Part shown: positions 52,263 to 61,360 of the stretch, piece after piece | Layout of the letters: the number at the start of each line of letters is the position of its first letter | Position numbering within the stretch: the first letter of the stretch is position 1 | NCBI GenBank assembly: GCA_963827235.1 | Contig: CAWHAE010000016.1 | Location: 320,001-384,000, forward strand | DNA length: 64,000 bases | DNA from: an uncultured bacterium | GTDB lineage: Bacteria > Chloroflexota > UBA5177 > JANWHV01 | Direction: 5' to 3' | Translations under genes and position numbers: made by a program | The notes under the pieces: generated by a model | What the model was told of the DNA's origin: nothing | What the model saw: only the letters and a program-made list of their open reading frames with translations | The model's database searches: none

Positions 52263-53300
52263 TCAGTTATTCTTAGCGCCCTGGTCTATCCACTTGGCAA
52301 TGGTGTCGATCTCGGTCGACGTGAGGTACGGTCCACCCAGGGGCATGCGATTGCCACCCGGCTGCCCGGTACCGGGCTGCACGATCTCCCACAAGATGCT
52401 GTCCTTGTGATCGCCCGCCTTGAACACGGCACCCGGAACCACGGATCCCCCGGCTTGGAGGCCGGCGTACGATGCCAGGCTGAGACCGCCGAACTTCTGG
52501 CTGATGTGGCAGGCGCTGCAATGGGCGGCGAAGATGGTTTGCACGTCGCTCTTGAACGACACCTGCCCAATTGGCCCGGCGGCAGCGCTTTGCTGCTGCT
52601 TGATCCAGGTCTTGAACTGTGCAGCGGGCAGCACGTAGAGATTCGCGCGCATGTACGCGTGGCCCGGGCCACACAGCTCGGCGCAGATCAGATGATAGGT
52701 GCCAGCGCGCGTCGTCTTGAAGTGCATGGACGTCGGGTACCCTGGTACGGCATCCTGCTTCACGCGGAACTCCGGCACCCAGAATGAGTGGATGACGTCG
52801 GTCGAGTGCAGGTCAATGGTGACGTCCTGCTCGAGAGGAAGGTGGCAAGAGTTCGCCTCGATGATCGGCGGCTTGGTCTCCGGATGCTCGCACACCCACT
52901 GATATTGAGCCGCCGTCACATTGATCACATAGGCGTCCTTGTGGTTGGCGATAATGTCCGAGTACACCTTGTAGCAGATACCCGTCAACACGACGAGAAA
53001 GATCGCGGGAATGACCGACCAGATGATCTCAAGGCGGGTGTTGCCATGAATGTCCGACCCTAACGCTTCCGGATCGTCACCCGGGCGGCGCCGATACTTG
53101 AGCACGAAGTAGAGCAGGAAGCCCTCGACGATCAGGAATACCGCGACCGCGGCCACCGACATGAACTTGAAGATGAAGTCGATCTCCTGCGCATGGTCGG
53201 TTGCTTCCGGTAAAGCACCAGAGATCGGAGTGGCGATGATCCACCAGCTCACGGCAATCCAGATGACGAGAAGGATGGCAGAAACTCGAGCCAAGCTCAT
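52263..53300 (-). CDS. ctaC: Cytochrome c oxidase subunit II with C-terminal cytochrome c
   Basis: DVIHSFWVP and CuA motif CAELCGPGHAYM; C-terminal CSACH heme c site. Confidence 0.93.
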   Translation of the reverse strand: MSLARVSAILLVIWIAVSWWIIATPISGALPEATDHAQEIDFIFKFMSVAAVAVFLIVEGFLLYFVLKYRRRPGDDPEALGSDIHGNTRLEIIWSVIPAIFLVVLTGICYKVYSDIIANHKDAYVINVTAAQYQWVCEHPETKPPIIEANSCHLPLEQDVTIDLHSTDVIHSFWVPEFRVKQDAVPGYPTSMHFKTTRAGTYHLICAELCGPGHAYMRANLYVLPAAQFKTWIKQQQSAAAGPIGQVSFKSDVQTIFAAHCSACHISQKFGGLSLASYAGLQAGGSVVPGAVFKAGDHKDSILWEIVQPGTGQPGGNRMPLGGPYLTSTEIDTIAKWIDQGAKNN

Positions 53301-53606
53301 AGTCGTGACGTGACCTCTCTCCGACACGGAACGTTGCGACGAACAACGCTCATCGACGACAAGATCGGATGCCGGCTACCGGCAAGCTGCATGCGCGGCG
53401 GTCCGCGACTGGGGCTTCCGCGAACCTGGTGGCGGCTGCCGGTACGGCAAGTACCTTGCCGTCAGGCACACCTCACTCACAAAGGAAGAGTAGCCTCTCG
53501 CCCGTCGCTGCCGCGCCCCCTGCCGGCTCATCACCGTAGAACGCATGTCCCGCGCGATTGGCTCGGAGCGCTGAGCGCCGATCTCAACCCTGTGCTGCCT
53601 GGGAAT

Positions 53607-53635
53607 ATCCTACCTGCGCCCGGCACAGTAGTCAA
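53607..53635 (-). promoter_or_regulatory. Putative sigma70 promoter of the oxidase operon
   Basis: TTGACT-17 nt-TAGGAT on the minus strand about 300 nt upstream of ctaC. Confidence 0.5.
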
Positions 53636-53737
53636 ATAATAGACAGGATATACTGCCTTTACTCGAAAACACGAGCCCGGCAGTTGGACGTGTACGGAAT
53701 GCTTGCGGATCGATCCTGGGTGGCGTAGCATTGCCAC

Positions 53738-54709
53738 ATGAATCGCATGGACCGCCTCTTTGCGCTCGTCCTGCAGTTGCAGGCGCGCGGAATGGCCAGG
53801 GCGTCCGACCTTGCCAGAGCCGTGAACGTGAGCCAGCGGACGGTCTATCGCGACGTGCAGACGCTTTGCTATGCCGGGGTGCCCATAGCCTCCCTTCCGG
53901 GACAGGGATACGCGCTGCCGGCCGACTACTTTCTGCCGCCCCTTCTTTTCACCGGACTCGAAGCCGGAGCGCTGGCACTGGGAGCAGAGCACGTTTCGCG
54001 GACGCTCGATGCTCCGTTTCGCTCCGCGGCGGGATCTGCTCGGGCAAAGCTCGGCAACGCGCTCACGGCCGAAGGTCGTCGCGATCTGCGCGCCGTCGAG
54101 GATGGCTTCGCCAGTGGCACTCCAGATCCAGCGCCGGCCCATCAAAGCCTTCACGAGCTTCGAGAGGCCATTGTCGAGCGGCGCGCACTGCGCATCGCCT
54201 ACCACGCCTTTGGGCGAGCTCGAGCCGAAGAGCGTGAGGTCGAGCCTTATGGACTGGTACACTTCGGGCAGGCGTGGCAGTTGTTGGCGTTTTGCCGGCA
54301 GCGCCAGGCACCGCACATGTTTCGACTCGATCGGATAGACCAGGTAGAGATGCTCGACGAACAGTTCGTGCCCGGCGAGAGGACGGGTCGCCAGGACTAT
54401 GCTCCAAGCACCGCCGGACGCGCCGAGATCGTCGAGGTGCGCGTAGCCGGCAAGGCACTGCGCTCGCTGTTGCAGAACCGACCATCGGGCTCGGTCATCA
54501 AGCGCAGCGAGGGTCCGTTCACGGTCCTCAGCTTCGACGTCACCGATCCGGAGCACCTGCTTCGCTGGCTACTGCAGTGGGCCGGTGAGGTAGAGGTTCT
54601 GGCGCCGCCGAGCCTTCGCCGCCGTGTCGCGGCCATGGGCGAACTGATCACGGCCGCACATTCCGGCAACGAATCGACCACCAACCGGAATCTGCTCGAC
54701 ATCGGATGA
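53738..54709 (+). CDS. YafY-family HTH-WYL transcriptional regulator
   Basis: MNRMDRL...VSQRTVYRDV HTH_11; WYL domain REVEPYGLVHFGQAWQLLAFC...FRLDRI; C-terminal WCX-like domain. Confidence 0.92.
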   Translation: MNRMDRLFALVLQLQARGMARASDLARAVNVSQRTVYRDVQTLCYAGVPIASLPGQGYALPADYFLPPLLFTGLEAGALALGAEHVSRTLDAPFRSAAGSARAKLGNALTAEGRRDLRAVEDGFASGTPDPAPAHQSLHELREAIVERRALRIAYHAFGRARAEEREVEPYGLVHFGQAWQLLAFCRQRQAPHMFRLDRIDQVEMLDEQFVPGERTGRQDYAPSTAGRAEIVEVRVAGKALRSLLQNRPSGSVIKRSEGPFTVLSFDVTDPEHLLRWLLQWAGEVEVLAPPSLRRRVAAMGELITAAHSGNESTTNRNLLDIG

Positions 54710-55654
54710 GCGGCGATAGCCATCGAGGACGCTTCGCGCCGAGTCCGACCGGGCCTCTCCATCTCGGCAATCTGCGCACTGCACTGCTTGCCTGGCTGTT
54801 CGCTCGCGCGGCGGAAGCGGCCTTCGTGATTCGCATGGACGACCTGGATGGTCCGCGCACGCGGCCGGGATGCTGCGAGGCAATCCTCTCCGATCTGCGG
54901 TGGCTCGGCCTCGACTGGGACGAGGGACCCGACACCGGTGGTCCATATGCACCGTATGTGCAGAGCCAGCGGAGAGATCTCTACCTGGAGCACTTCGACC
55001 GTCTCCTGGCTTCGGGCGCGGTCTACCCCTGCTATTGCAGCCGGAAGGACATCGCCCAGGCGGCTAGCGCGCCGCAGGGGCCGCGCAGCGGCGAGGGCTA
55101 CCCAGGCACTTGCAGGGATCCGGACGAACGTGCCAGGCAGCAGGCACGGCACGGTGCACGCCCGCCGTCCTATCGTTTCAGGGTGGAGTCGCAGTCCATC
55201 GAAGTAATGGACGGTGTCCTCGGCTTGGTTCGACACCAGTTGACGGGTCCGGCGGATGACTTCGTGATCTGGAGGTCGGAAGGAGCAGCTGCCTATCAGC
55301 TGGCGACGGTGGTCGACGATTCGACGATGCAGATGGGCGAGGTCGTGCGGGGCGACGATCTGCAACGAGTCCACGGCGCTGCAGGTCTTGCTCTATCGCG
55401 CCCTCGGGTATCGACCGCCGGCCTTCTCGCACGTGCCGCTGTGGTATGACCTGAATGGAGAGAGGCTGGCAAAGCGCGCGGGCTCGGCGGGACTGCAGCA
55501 GTTGCGCGCGGCTGGCGCGGACGCGGAGGGAATAGTGGGCAGGTTGGCAGCCAGCTGCGGTCTGGTCGATCTGGGAACGCGCTGCACTGCTCGCCAGCTT
55601 CTTGGCATTATCAGCAGGCCGCTGCTGCGAACGGTGCGCAATGTGCTTCTGTGA
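54706..55654 (+). CDS. gluQ: Glutamyl-Q tRNA(Asp) synthetase, frameshifted near 55365
   Basis: GRFAPSPTGPLHLGN, YPCYCSR, YPGTCR, AYQLATVVDD, VVRGDDL; the next frame continues LYRALG...ERLAKR; no anticodon-binding domain. Confidence 0.85.
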
Positions 55655-55732
55655 GTATCAGGTGAGCGACGCGTACGGGCTCACAGGCTGGGCGCAACAC
55701 CACGCGGCGTGTGAGTCGTGGGGAGAGGTCTC

Positions 55733-55846
55733 GTGTTGATCGCCGCGTCCGGCCAGCACACCCTGTCATCACCCGTGGTGGTGATCATGGTCGCCTTCAT
55801 TCTGGGCATCGCCGCGCTTGCAATCTGGTACGGGCGCACCCGATGA
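55733..55846 (+). CDS. Unannotated 37-aa single-TM small protein
   Basis: GGAGAGG SD then GTG; MLIAASGQHTLSSPVVVIMVAFILGIAALAIWYGRTR. Confidence 0.55.
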   Translation: MLIAASGQHTLSSPVVVIMVAFILGIAALAIWYGRTR

Positions 55847-55906
55847 CCAGGTCACCATCGGGCCGGACGACGCGACGCGATGAGAGTTGGCTGATCGTCT
55901 TGCCCC

Positions 55907-56281
55907 AACCAAGCGTATAAGCCGAGTTCTGTACCCCGACCGAGGTCGAGGCGACGACCATCTCTCTAGGACGCCGGTTACCCGGCGCCTCAAGCAACCA
56001 ACCCGGAAGCTGGGAGGAGCCATCCCCGAGCAACCCCAGGCTGCTCTGCTCCCTGTTCGGTCTTGCTCCAGGTGGGGTTTACCGCGGCCAGACGGTCACC
56101 CGCCTGCCGGTGAGCTCTTACCTCACCATTTCACCCTTGCCCGGCCAGAAGGCCGTCGGCGGTATGTTTCTGTGGCACTTTCCTTGAGGTCACCCTCACT
56201 GGGCGTTACCCAGCACCTTGGCTCTCCGGAGCTCGGACTTTCCTCGCGCGGCCAAGCCGCCCGCGGTCGTCCCGCCTGGTT
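55907..56281 (-). ncRNA. rnpB: RNase P RNA (type A)
   Basis: Minus strand has GAGGAAAGTCC, AGTGCCACAGAAA and ACAGAACTCGGCTTA; P1 aaccaggcg/cgcttggtt. Confidence 0.97.
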
Positions 56282-56383
56282 GAGGCACAGTACAGGCTAG
56301 CACTGCCGGCAGCGGCGGTCAACCATGCATAGACCGCGGCAGGGCGGCTCGGGTCGCGGATGCGCTGAGCGTCGGTCGGCAGA

Positions 56384-59302
56384 CTAGAGGTCGGCCCGCG
56401 GCAAGCTGAAGCTGAACTCGCTCCCCTGGCCCACTACGCTGTTCACGGAGATCCACCCGTTCATCTGCTCCACCAACTGCTTGGCAATGAACAACCCCAG
56501 GCCGGTGCCCACGTGTCCCGCTCGAATCACCTGGTCGATCTTGCCGAATCGAGTGAACAGGCGCGGCTGATCCTGCGGCCGAATCCCCGGGCCATGATCC
56601 ACCACTGAGAACACCACGGCATCCGGCAGCACCGTGCACCGCACCGAGATTTCGAGACCCTCGGGCGAGTACTTGACCCCGTTGTCCATCAGGTTCACGA
56701 GCACCTGTTGCACGCGATCCGCGTCCGCGAGCACCATGGGCAGCGGCTCCGGCACGTCGAGCACAATGATTTGGCCGCGATACTTCTGCTTGATCTCCTG
56801 CACAGCGGAGCTTATCAGGTCGGCCAGATGAACCCGCCGGATGGTGAGGGGCAACGTACCGCCTTCGACGCGAGAGACAAATAGCAAGTCCTGCACGAGG
56901 CGCTGCAGCCGCTTGCTCGCTCCGTAAATGCGATCCAGATAATGGTGCTTGCGGTCGTCGTCGAGCTGACCCCAGTACGTGAGCAACGTCTCCACGAAGC
57001 CCTTGATGCCGGTCAGCGGCGTGCGCAGCTCGTGAGATACCGTCGACACGAAGTCCGTCCGCAGCTGGTCCAGCTCTTCCAGTCGCTTCTTCGCCTCGTG
57101 CTCGCGGGCGTAGATACGCGCGTTCCGCACGGCAAAGCTTACCTGCCGGGCAAACTGGGAGAGCGAGTCAGCTTCCACCATCGTGTAAGCACCCGATTCG
57201 ACACTGAAGAGATCCATGAACACTACGTAGTCGTCGTCGTTGAGAAGCGGCACGCCGATCCAGGAGCGCAGAGACTCGTATCCCAGAATCGGCCGCCACA
57301 GCGGCTCCCGAGCCGTGTCGCTAACCACGATGGCAGAGTCCGATGCAATCATCTGGCCCAGCAGCGGCTCGGCCAGGGCCCCGGCTCCATAGAGCTGCTC
57401 CTCGGAGAGCACTCCCTGCCGCGTCAGAGTGACGGCAGCCTCAATATTCCCCCGGCTCACCACATGGACCGCGGACAGGTCGCTCTCGAGCACTGATCCC
57501 GCGTAGTGCAGCACCTGCCTCATGACGTCGCCCAGCTCAAGCGTCGAGCCGAGGGAGTGCGTCATGGTCTGCTGCAGCTCGGCCAACTCGCGGCGTCGAA
57601 GCTCCAGGGCATACAAGCGCCCACGCTCAATAGCTACCGCGGCCTGGTTCGCGAACGCCTGCAGCAACTCCTGGTGCTCGCTCACGAAATAGCGGGACAC
57701 GTCTGCGCCGGTCGCGAGCACTCCGATGACTTCTCCGCTCGCGATCAGGGGCAGCAGCAATGCCGATTTCAGGTGCGCTGAGCGAATGAGGTCAGGAAGA
57801 GCCGGTAGGCCGAGCAGCTCCAGGTCCTCCACAAGCTCCGGTTTGCCGAGCAGCGCGCAGCGCCCCAGAAGTCCTTCGCCCGGCCGGATGGAGGCCGGCT
57901 GGCGCTCTCCATTGGTCAAGCCGGATCCCGCCACAAACTCAAGCAGCCCGGACTTCTGGTCGATCAGATAGATCAAGCACAACGTGCTTCTGGTCAGCTG
58001 CACCGCCGCGGCGGCGATCGTGCGCAGCATCCCACCAAGGTCCAGAGACGAGCTCATCATCTGGCCGGTGCGATAGAGCGTGCTCAGTTGCTCGGCTCGG
58101 GCAGTCGCGTCGGCCAGGAGCTGCGCGTTCGCCAACGCCACGCTCACCAGCTCCCGCACGCCCACGGCCACGTCGAAGTCGCGCTTGCGAAATCGGTGAC
58201 TGTTCTCGGTCCAGAACACGGCGAGAGCATCGCCTGGCCGGTTCGCGAGGTTCAGCGGAATGATCATGGCCGAGCGCAGGCCACGGGCCTGCACCAGCCG
58301 CTCAGGAAGCACGCGAGCAATCTCCTCCACCTCGAGAGCGGCAGGCGATTCGCCCCGTAGCGTCGGCATGAGGTCTTCTACCTTGCCGGGCGAGAGCTTG
58401 ACCTCCGTCAGGGAAGTCAGCTTGCCGTCCGACGCTGCCGGCTCCAGCATGCGCAGCTCCACGCGCTTGACGTCGAGGTAGAGCAGGCCGGCACACTGAC
58501 CGCCAAAGAGCCCGGGTAGGACCTGCAACGTGCGTTCCACAAGCTGGTCTATGTCCGACGTGCCAATCGCGCTTGCAACGGTGAGCAATGACGAGGAGAG
58601 AGCCATTGATTCGCGTTGCAGCCAATACAGCTGGATGTTCTCAATGAACGTTGAGCCCTGCCGGGCAAGTAGCTCGAGCGCCGCGCGCGTGGAGGTACCG
58701 AGCCTGGCGGTGGAGGCACGCTTTCCCGCCACGCAGAAGCCGATTGTGCCCTGTCCCGGTGCTTCGAGCGTCGTCACGTACAGCCTGCGCTTCTCTCGTA
58801 CGGCCGGCGCGGAGCCGCGCGCCGTCAGCCCATCCGCTGGAGAGGCCGGCAGGCTGGCAAACAACGGCGCGAAACAGGCTGCAACCTCGCGGTCCTCGAG
58901 CAGGCTGTCCGGCTCTGCGAGCACTGCCTCACCGCCGGCGTGGAACGAACGCTGGGTAGCCCTATCGTAGACACGCTTCGGGATGGAGACGGCGAGCACT
59001 TCCGGCCACGCGTCTGCCGCCACACCGAACATCGCTTCCGCATAGAAGGCGTCATCGGAGGCATCAAAGAAGTAGACCACCGCGAAGTTGAAGCCGCCGA
59101 TGTCCGCGTAGAGCGCAGCCAGTCTCTGGGAGAAGCCGTCGAGACTTGTTTCCGGGCCAACGTTCCGGCTCAGGGCAAGTACCCGGCGCAAGAGTCTGGC
59201 AGGCAGGTCGACCTCTATCTCAGCAGGCGGGTCGTCCCCCACCGGTTCAGAGGAGTCCTGACCAGGCCAATTCTGCTTACGCGCAATGTGTGCTATGCTC
59301 AT
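56384..59302 (-). CDS. Cytoplasmic multi-GAF sensor histidine kinase
   Basis: About four GAF-like repeats; VSHELRTPLT H-box, NLMDNGVKYS, DHGPGI and GTGLGL. Confidence 0.92.
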   Translation of the reverse strand: MSIAHIARKQNWPGQDSSEPVGDDPPAEIEVDLPARLLRRVLALSRNVGPETSLDGFSQRLAALYADIGGFNFAVVYFFDASDDAFYAEAMFGVAADAWPEVLAVSIPKRVYDRATQRSFHAGGEAVLAEPDSLLEDREVAACFAPLFASLPASPADGLTARGSAPAVREKRRLYVTTLEAPGQGTIGFCVAGKRASTARLGTSTRAALELLARQGSTFIENIQLYWLQRESMALSSSLLTVASAIGTSDIDQLVERTLQVLPGLFGGQCAGLLYLDVKRVELRMLEPAASDGKLTSLTEVKLSPGKVEDLMPTLRGESPAALEVEEIARVLPERLVQARGLRSAMIIPLNLANRPGDALAVFWTENSHRFRKRDFDVAVGVRELVSVALANAQLLADATARAEQLSTLYRTGQMMSSSLDLGGMLRTIAAAAVQLTRSTLCLIYLIDQKSGLLEFVAGSGLTNGERQPASIRPGEGLLGRCALLGKPELVEDLELLGLPALPDLIRSAHLKSALLLPLIASGEVIGVLATGADVSRYFVSEHQELLQAFANQAAVAIERGRLYALELRRRELAELQQTMTHSLGSTLELGDVMRQVLHYAGSVLESDLSAVHVVSRGNIEAAVTLTRQGVLSEEQLYGAGALAEPLLGQMIASDSAIVVSDTAREPLWRPILGYESLRSWIGVPLLNDDDYVVFMDLFSVESGAYTMVEADSLSQFARQVSFAVRNARIYAREHEAKKRLEELDQLRTDFVSTVSHELRTPLTGIKGFVETLLTYWGQLDDDRKHHYLDRIYGASKRLQRLVQDLLFVSRVEGGTLPLTIRRVHLADLISSAVQEIKQKYRGQIIVLDVPEPLPMVLADADRVQQVLVNLMDNGVKYSPEGLEISVRCTVLPDAVVFSVVDHGPGIRPQDQPRLFTRFGKIDQVIRAGHVGTGLGLFIAKQLVEQMNGWISVNSVVGQGSEFSFSLPRADL

Positions 59303-59637
59303 GGCGTCCCTGGAGGCAACAAGCTGGGATCTACACGCTGGAGCACCGCCGCCACTCCCGCGCTTCAGCCCCACACTTCACGAAGCTGAGCGCCGCACCA
59401 GGCACCCCCTGCTCAGCTTACCAATCGAGTCTGTCGCTCCGACCTGGCGGCGCACCAGCAGAACATGCCCGCCACACCGCACCCAGGCTGGCTGCCAGGA
59501 AATATCGGAATCGCCCAGCCGTTCATCCCCGTGGGATAATGCCATCTGGCGCCCGTTCAAGCATAGCACAGGTTAACTCACTGTTCAGCAGAACTGTGCA
59601 TCTCCGAGATCGTCGGGGACAGTCGCTCTTGAGCGCT

Positions 59638-60366
59638 TTAGCGATGCTCCGCCCGTATGGTCAGCGAGTGCAAATACGCGCCGAGCGTATCAATCGATCC
59701 AGAACCGTCAACATCGACCAGCAGGCCATCCACGCCCAGGTGTTCACACGCGGCTGCCGCGCCGGGCGGCAGGCCGGGGCCAGCATGCATCATCAACGGC
59801 TTCTTCATGATCTCGCTCAAGGCACGAACCCGCACTGCATCCACGTACGTGTACTCAGACAGGGCACCCGCCGCCGGCTCGACCAGGACGGCGTCGACCG
59901 CGAGGCCGTTCACTCCTTGCGCCAAGTGAAGATCGAGCTCGAACGGGACAGTCAGTACGCGCGCCGGTTTCTCCCACTGCATCGACGAGATGACGCCGCC
60001 AAGCGGCAGACGAACCCAATCGGCTCCCGCTTCCTGTGCGATGGCTGCCGTGGAGGCGTCCGCATCGAGCGGAAGGCAAACACCCCACGGTACGCTCAGC
60101 CGTCCGGCAAGCAGGCTCAGCTTTCGCGCGTCACTACCGTTCGCCCAGCGGATCTCGACGCCGTCAGCACCGGCCTGAACCGCGGCAGCGATGCTGTCCT
60201 GGTCTATCTGCGAGAACGCCGCGACCAGTGCCGCCACCCGCCTGGCAACCGTAGGCGGCTGTCTGAATCCGAAGCCGGCTCCCCCATGCGACCGCGCGTA
60301 TGATCGCATGATCTCCACCAGTCGGCTCGGCCTGTGACTCTGCTCGACTGCCGAAAACGTGCCCAT
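59638..60366 (-). CDS. Hypothetical protein, possibly a TIM-barrel fold
   Basis: Repeating alpha/beta units (AVQAGADGVEI, EAGADWVRL, LGVDGLLVDV); GGAGA SD. Confidence 0.65.
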   Translation of the reverse strand: MGTFSAVEQSHRPSRLVEIMRSYARSHGGAGFGFRQPPTVARRVAALVAAFSQIDQDSIAAAVQAGADGVEIRWANGSDARKLSLLAGRLSVPWGVCLPLDADASTAAIAQEAGADWVRLPLGGVISSMQWEKPARVLTVPFELDLHLAQGVNGLAVDAVLVEPAAGALSEYTYVDAVRVRALSEIMKKPLMMHAGPGLPPGAAAACEHLGVDGLLVDVDGSGSIDTLGAYLHSLTIRAEHR

Positions 60367-60661
60367 GACTATCTCTCCAGTCTCAATTACGGTCGCGGGT
60401 GCCCTGCGCAGAGCCGGGAACGGACACCAGCTAGGCCGACTCCCGGCGCGCAACCGGGGCCACCTTAATCCATGTTCCTCTTCACTGCTGCCGGCCGCGG
60501 TTCACGCAGGCCGGCAGCCGCATCGCGGCAGATCCGCGACGCCGGCTTGGCACTGGCCCGGATTGCCACGCTTCGGCCCCGGCCGATTGATCCCGTTAGC
60601 CGGCTTCCCATGCACGGCGTATCCTGAAATGACCGGACATCGGAACGGAAGTCTCACACGG

Positions 60662-61360
60662 ATGAGGGTACCTGATACTCCTGAACCTGAGCAGAGCGAC
60701 GACCCGGGCGAGAGGTTGCTCCGACTGCTGCACGCCCTGGAGCCTCTGAAACACCCGCCCCGCACCGGATGGGTTGATCGCGAGATCGAGACGCCGGAGT
60801 CTGTCGCCGCGCACTGCTGGCGACTGGCGATAGCCAGTTGGCTGGTGGCCGACCACGAACATCTGGACGCGAGCAGAGCGCTGCGCATCGCCTTGGTTCA
60901 CGACGTCGCCGAGACGATCACCGGAGATCACACCCCTTTCGACGCGGTAGCGGTGACTGCGGCAGAGCGACGAGCTCTCTCGATCGCGCCGCCGGAGCCC
61001 GATCCGCGGGCCGCCGAGGAGAGGCGTGAAGCCAAGACGACCGAGGAACGGGCCGCTATGGAGCGACTGCTGGCCGACGTCGGCGCCAACCTCGCGAGGC
61101 CCATCATGGAAACCTGGGAAGAATACGCCGCCGGTGCCACGCCTGAGGCGCGCCTCGTGCACCAGCTGGACAAGGTCGAGGCGTACCTGCAAGGTCGCGA
61201 GTACGCTCTCGATGGCAGGCTGGCGGACGCGAGCACGCTCAACTCATTTCGACGGGACGTCACATTGGCAGTTCGAGAGCCGATTCCTGCCGCCATCCTC
61301 CGGGCCCTGGAGCGCTGGAGCGAGGAGGACGGACCGCCGGCAGTGTCTACACCGGAGTAG
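60662..61360 (+). CDS. HD-domain phosphohydrolase (YfbR/HDDC2-like 5'-deoxynucleotidase)
   Basis: LKHPPRTGW, ESVAAHCW, ALVHDVAETITGD and EARLVHQLDKVE. Confidence 0.88.
   Translation: MRVPDTPEPEQSDDPGERLLRLLHALEPLKHPPRTGWVDREIETPESVAAHCWRLAIASWLVADHEHLDASRALRIALVHDVAETITGDHTPFDAVAVTAAERRALSIAPPEPDPRAAEERREAKTTEERAAMERLLADVGANLARPIMETWEEYAAGATPEARLVHQLDKVEAYLQGREYALDGRLADASTLNSFRRDVTLAVREPIPAAILRALERWSEEDGPPAVSTPE

Noticed and set aside
59380-59480. SRP RNA-like fragment upstream of the GAF kinase
   Set aside because: Lacks the conserved helix 8 GGAA tetraloop and AGCAG internal loop
61347-61360. Convergent 14-bp overlap of the HD gene and topA
   Set aside because: Short tail-to-tail overlaps are common; no evidence of a special function
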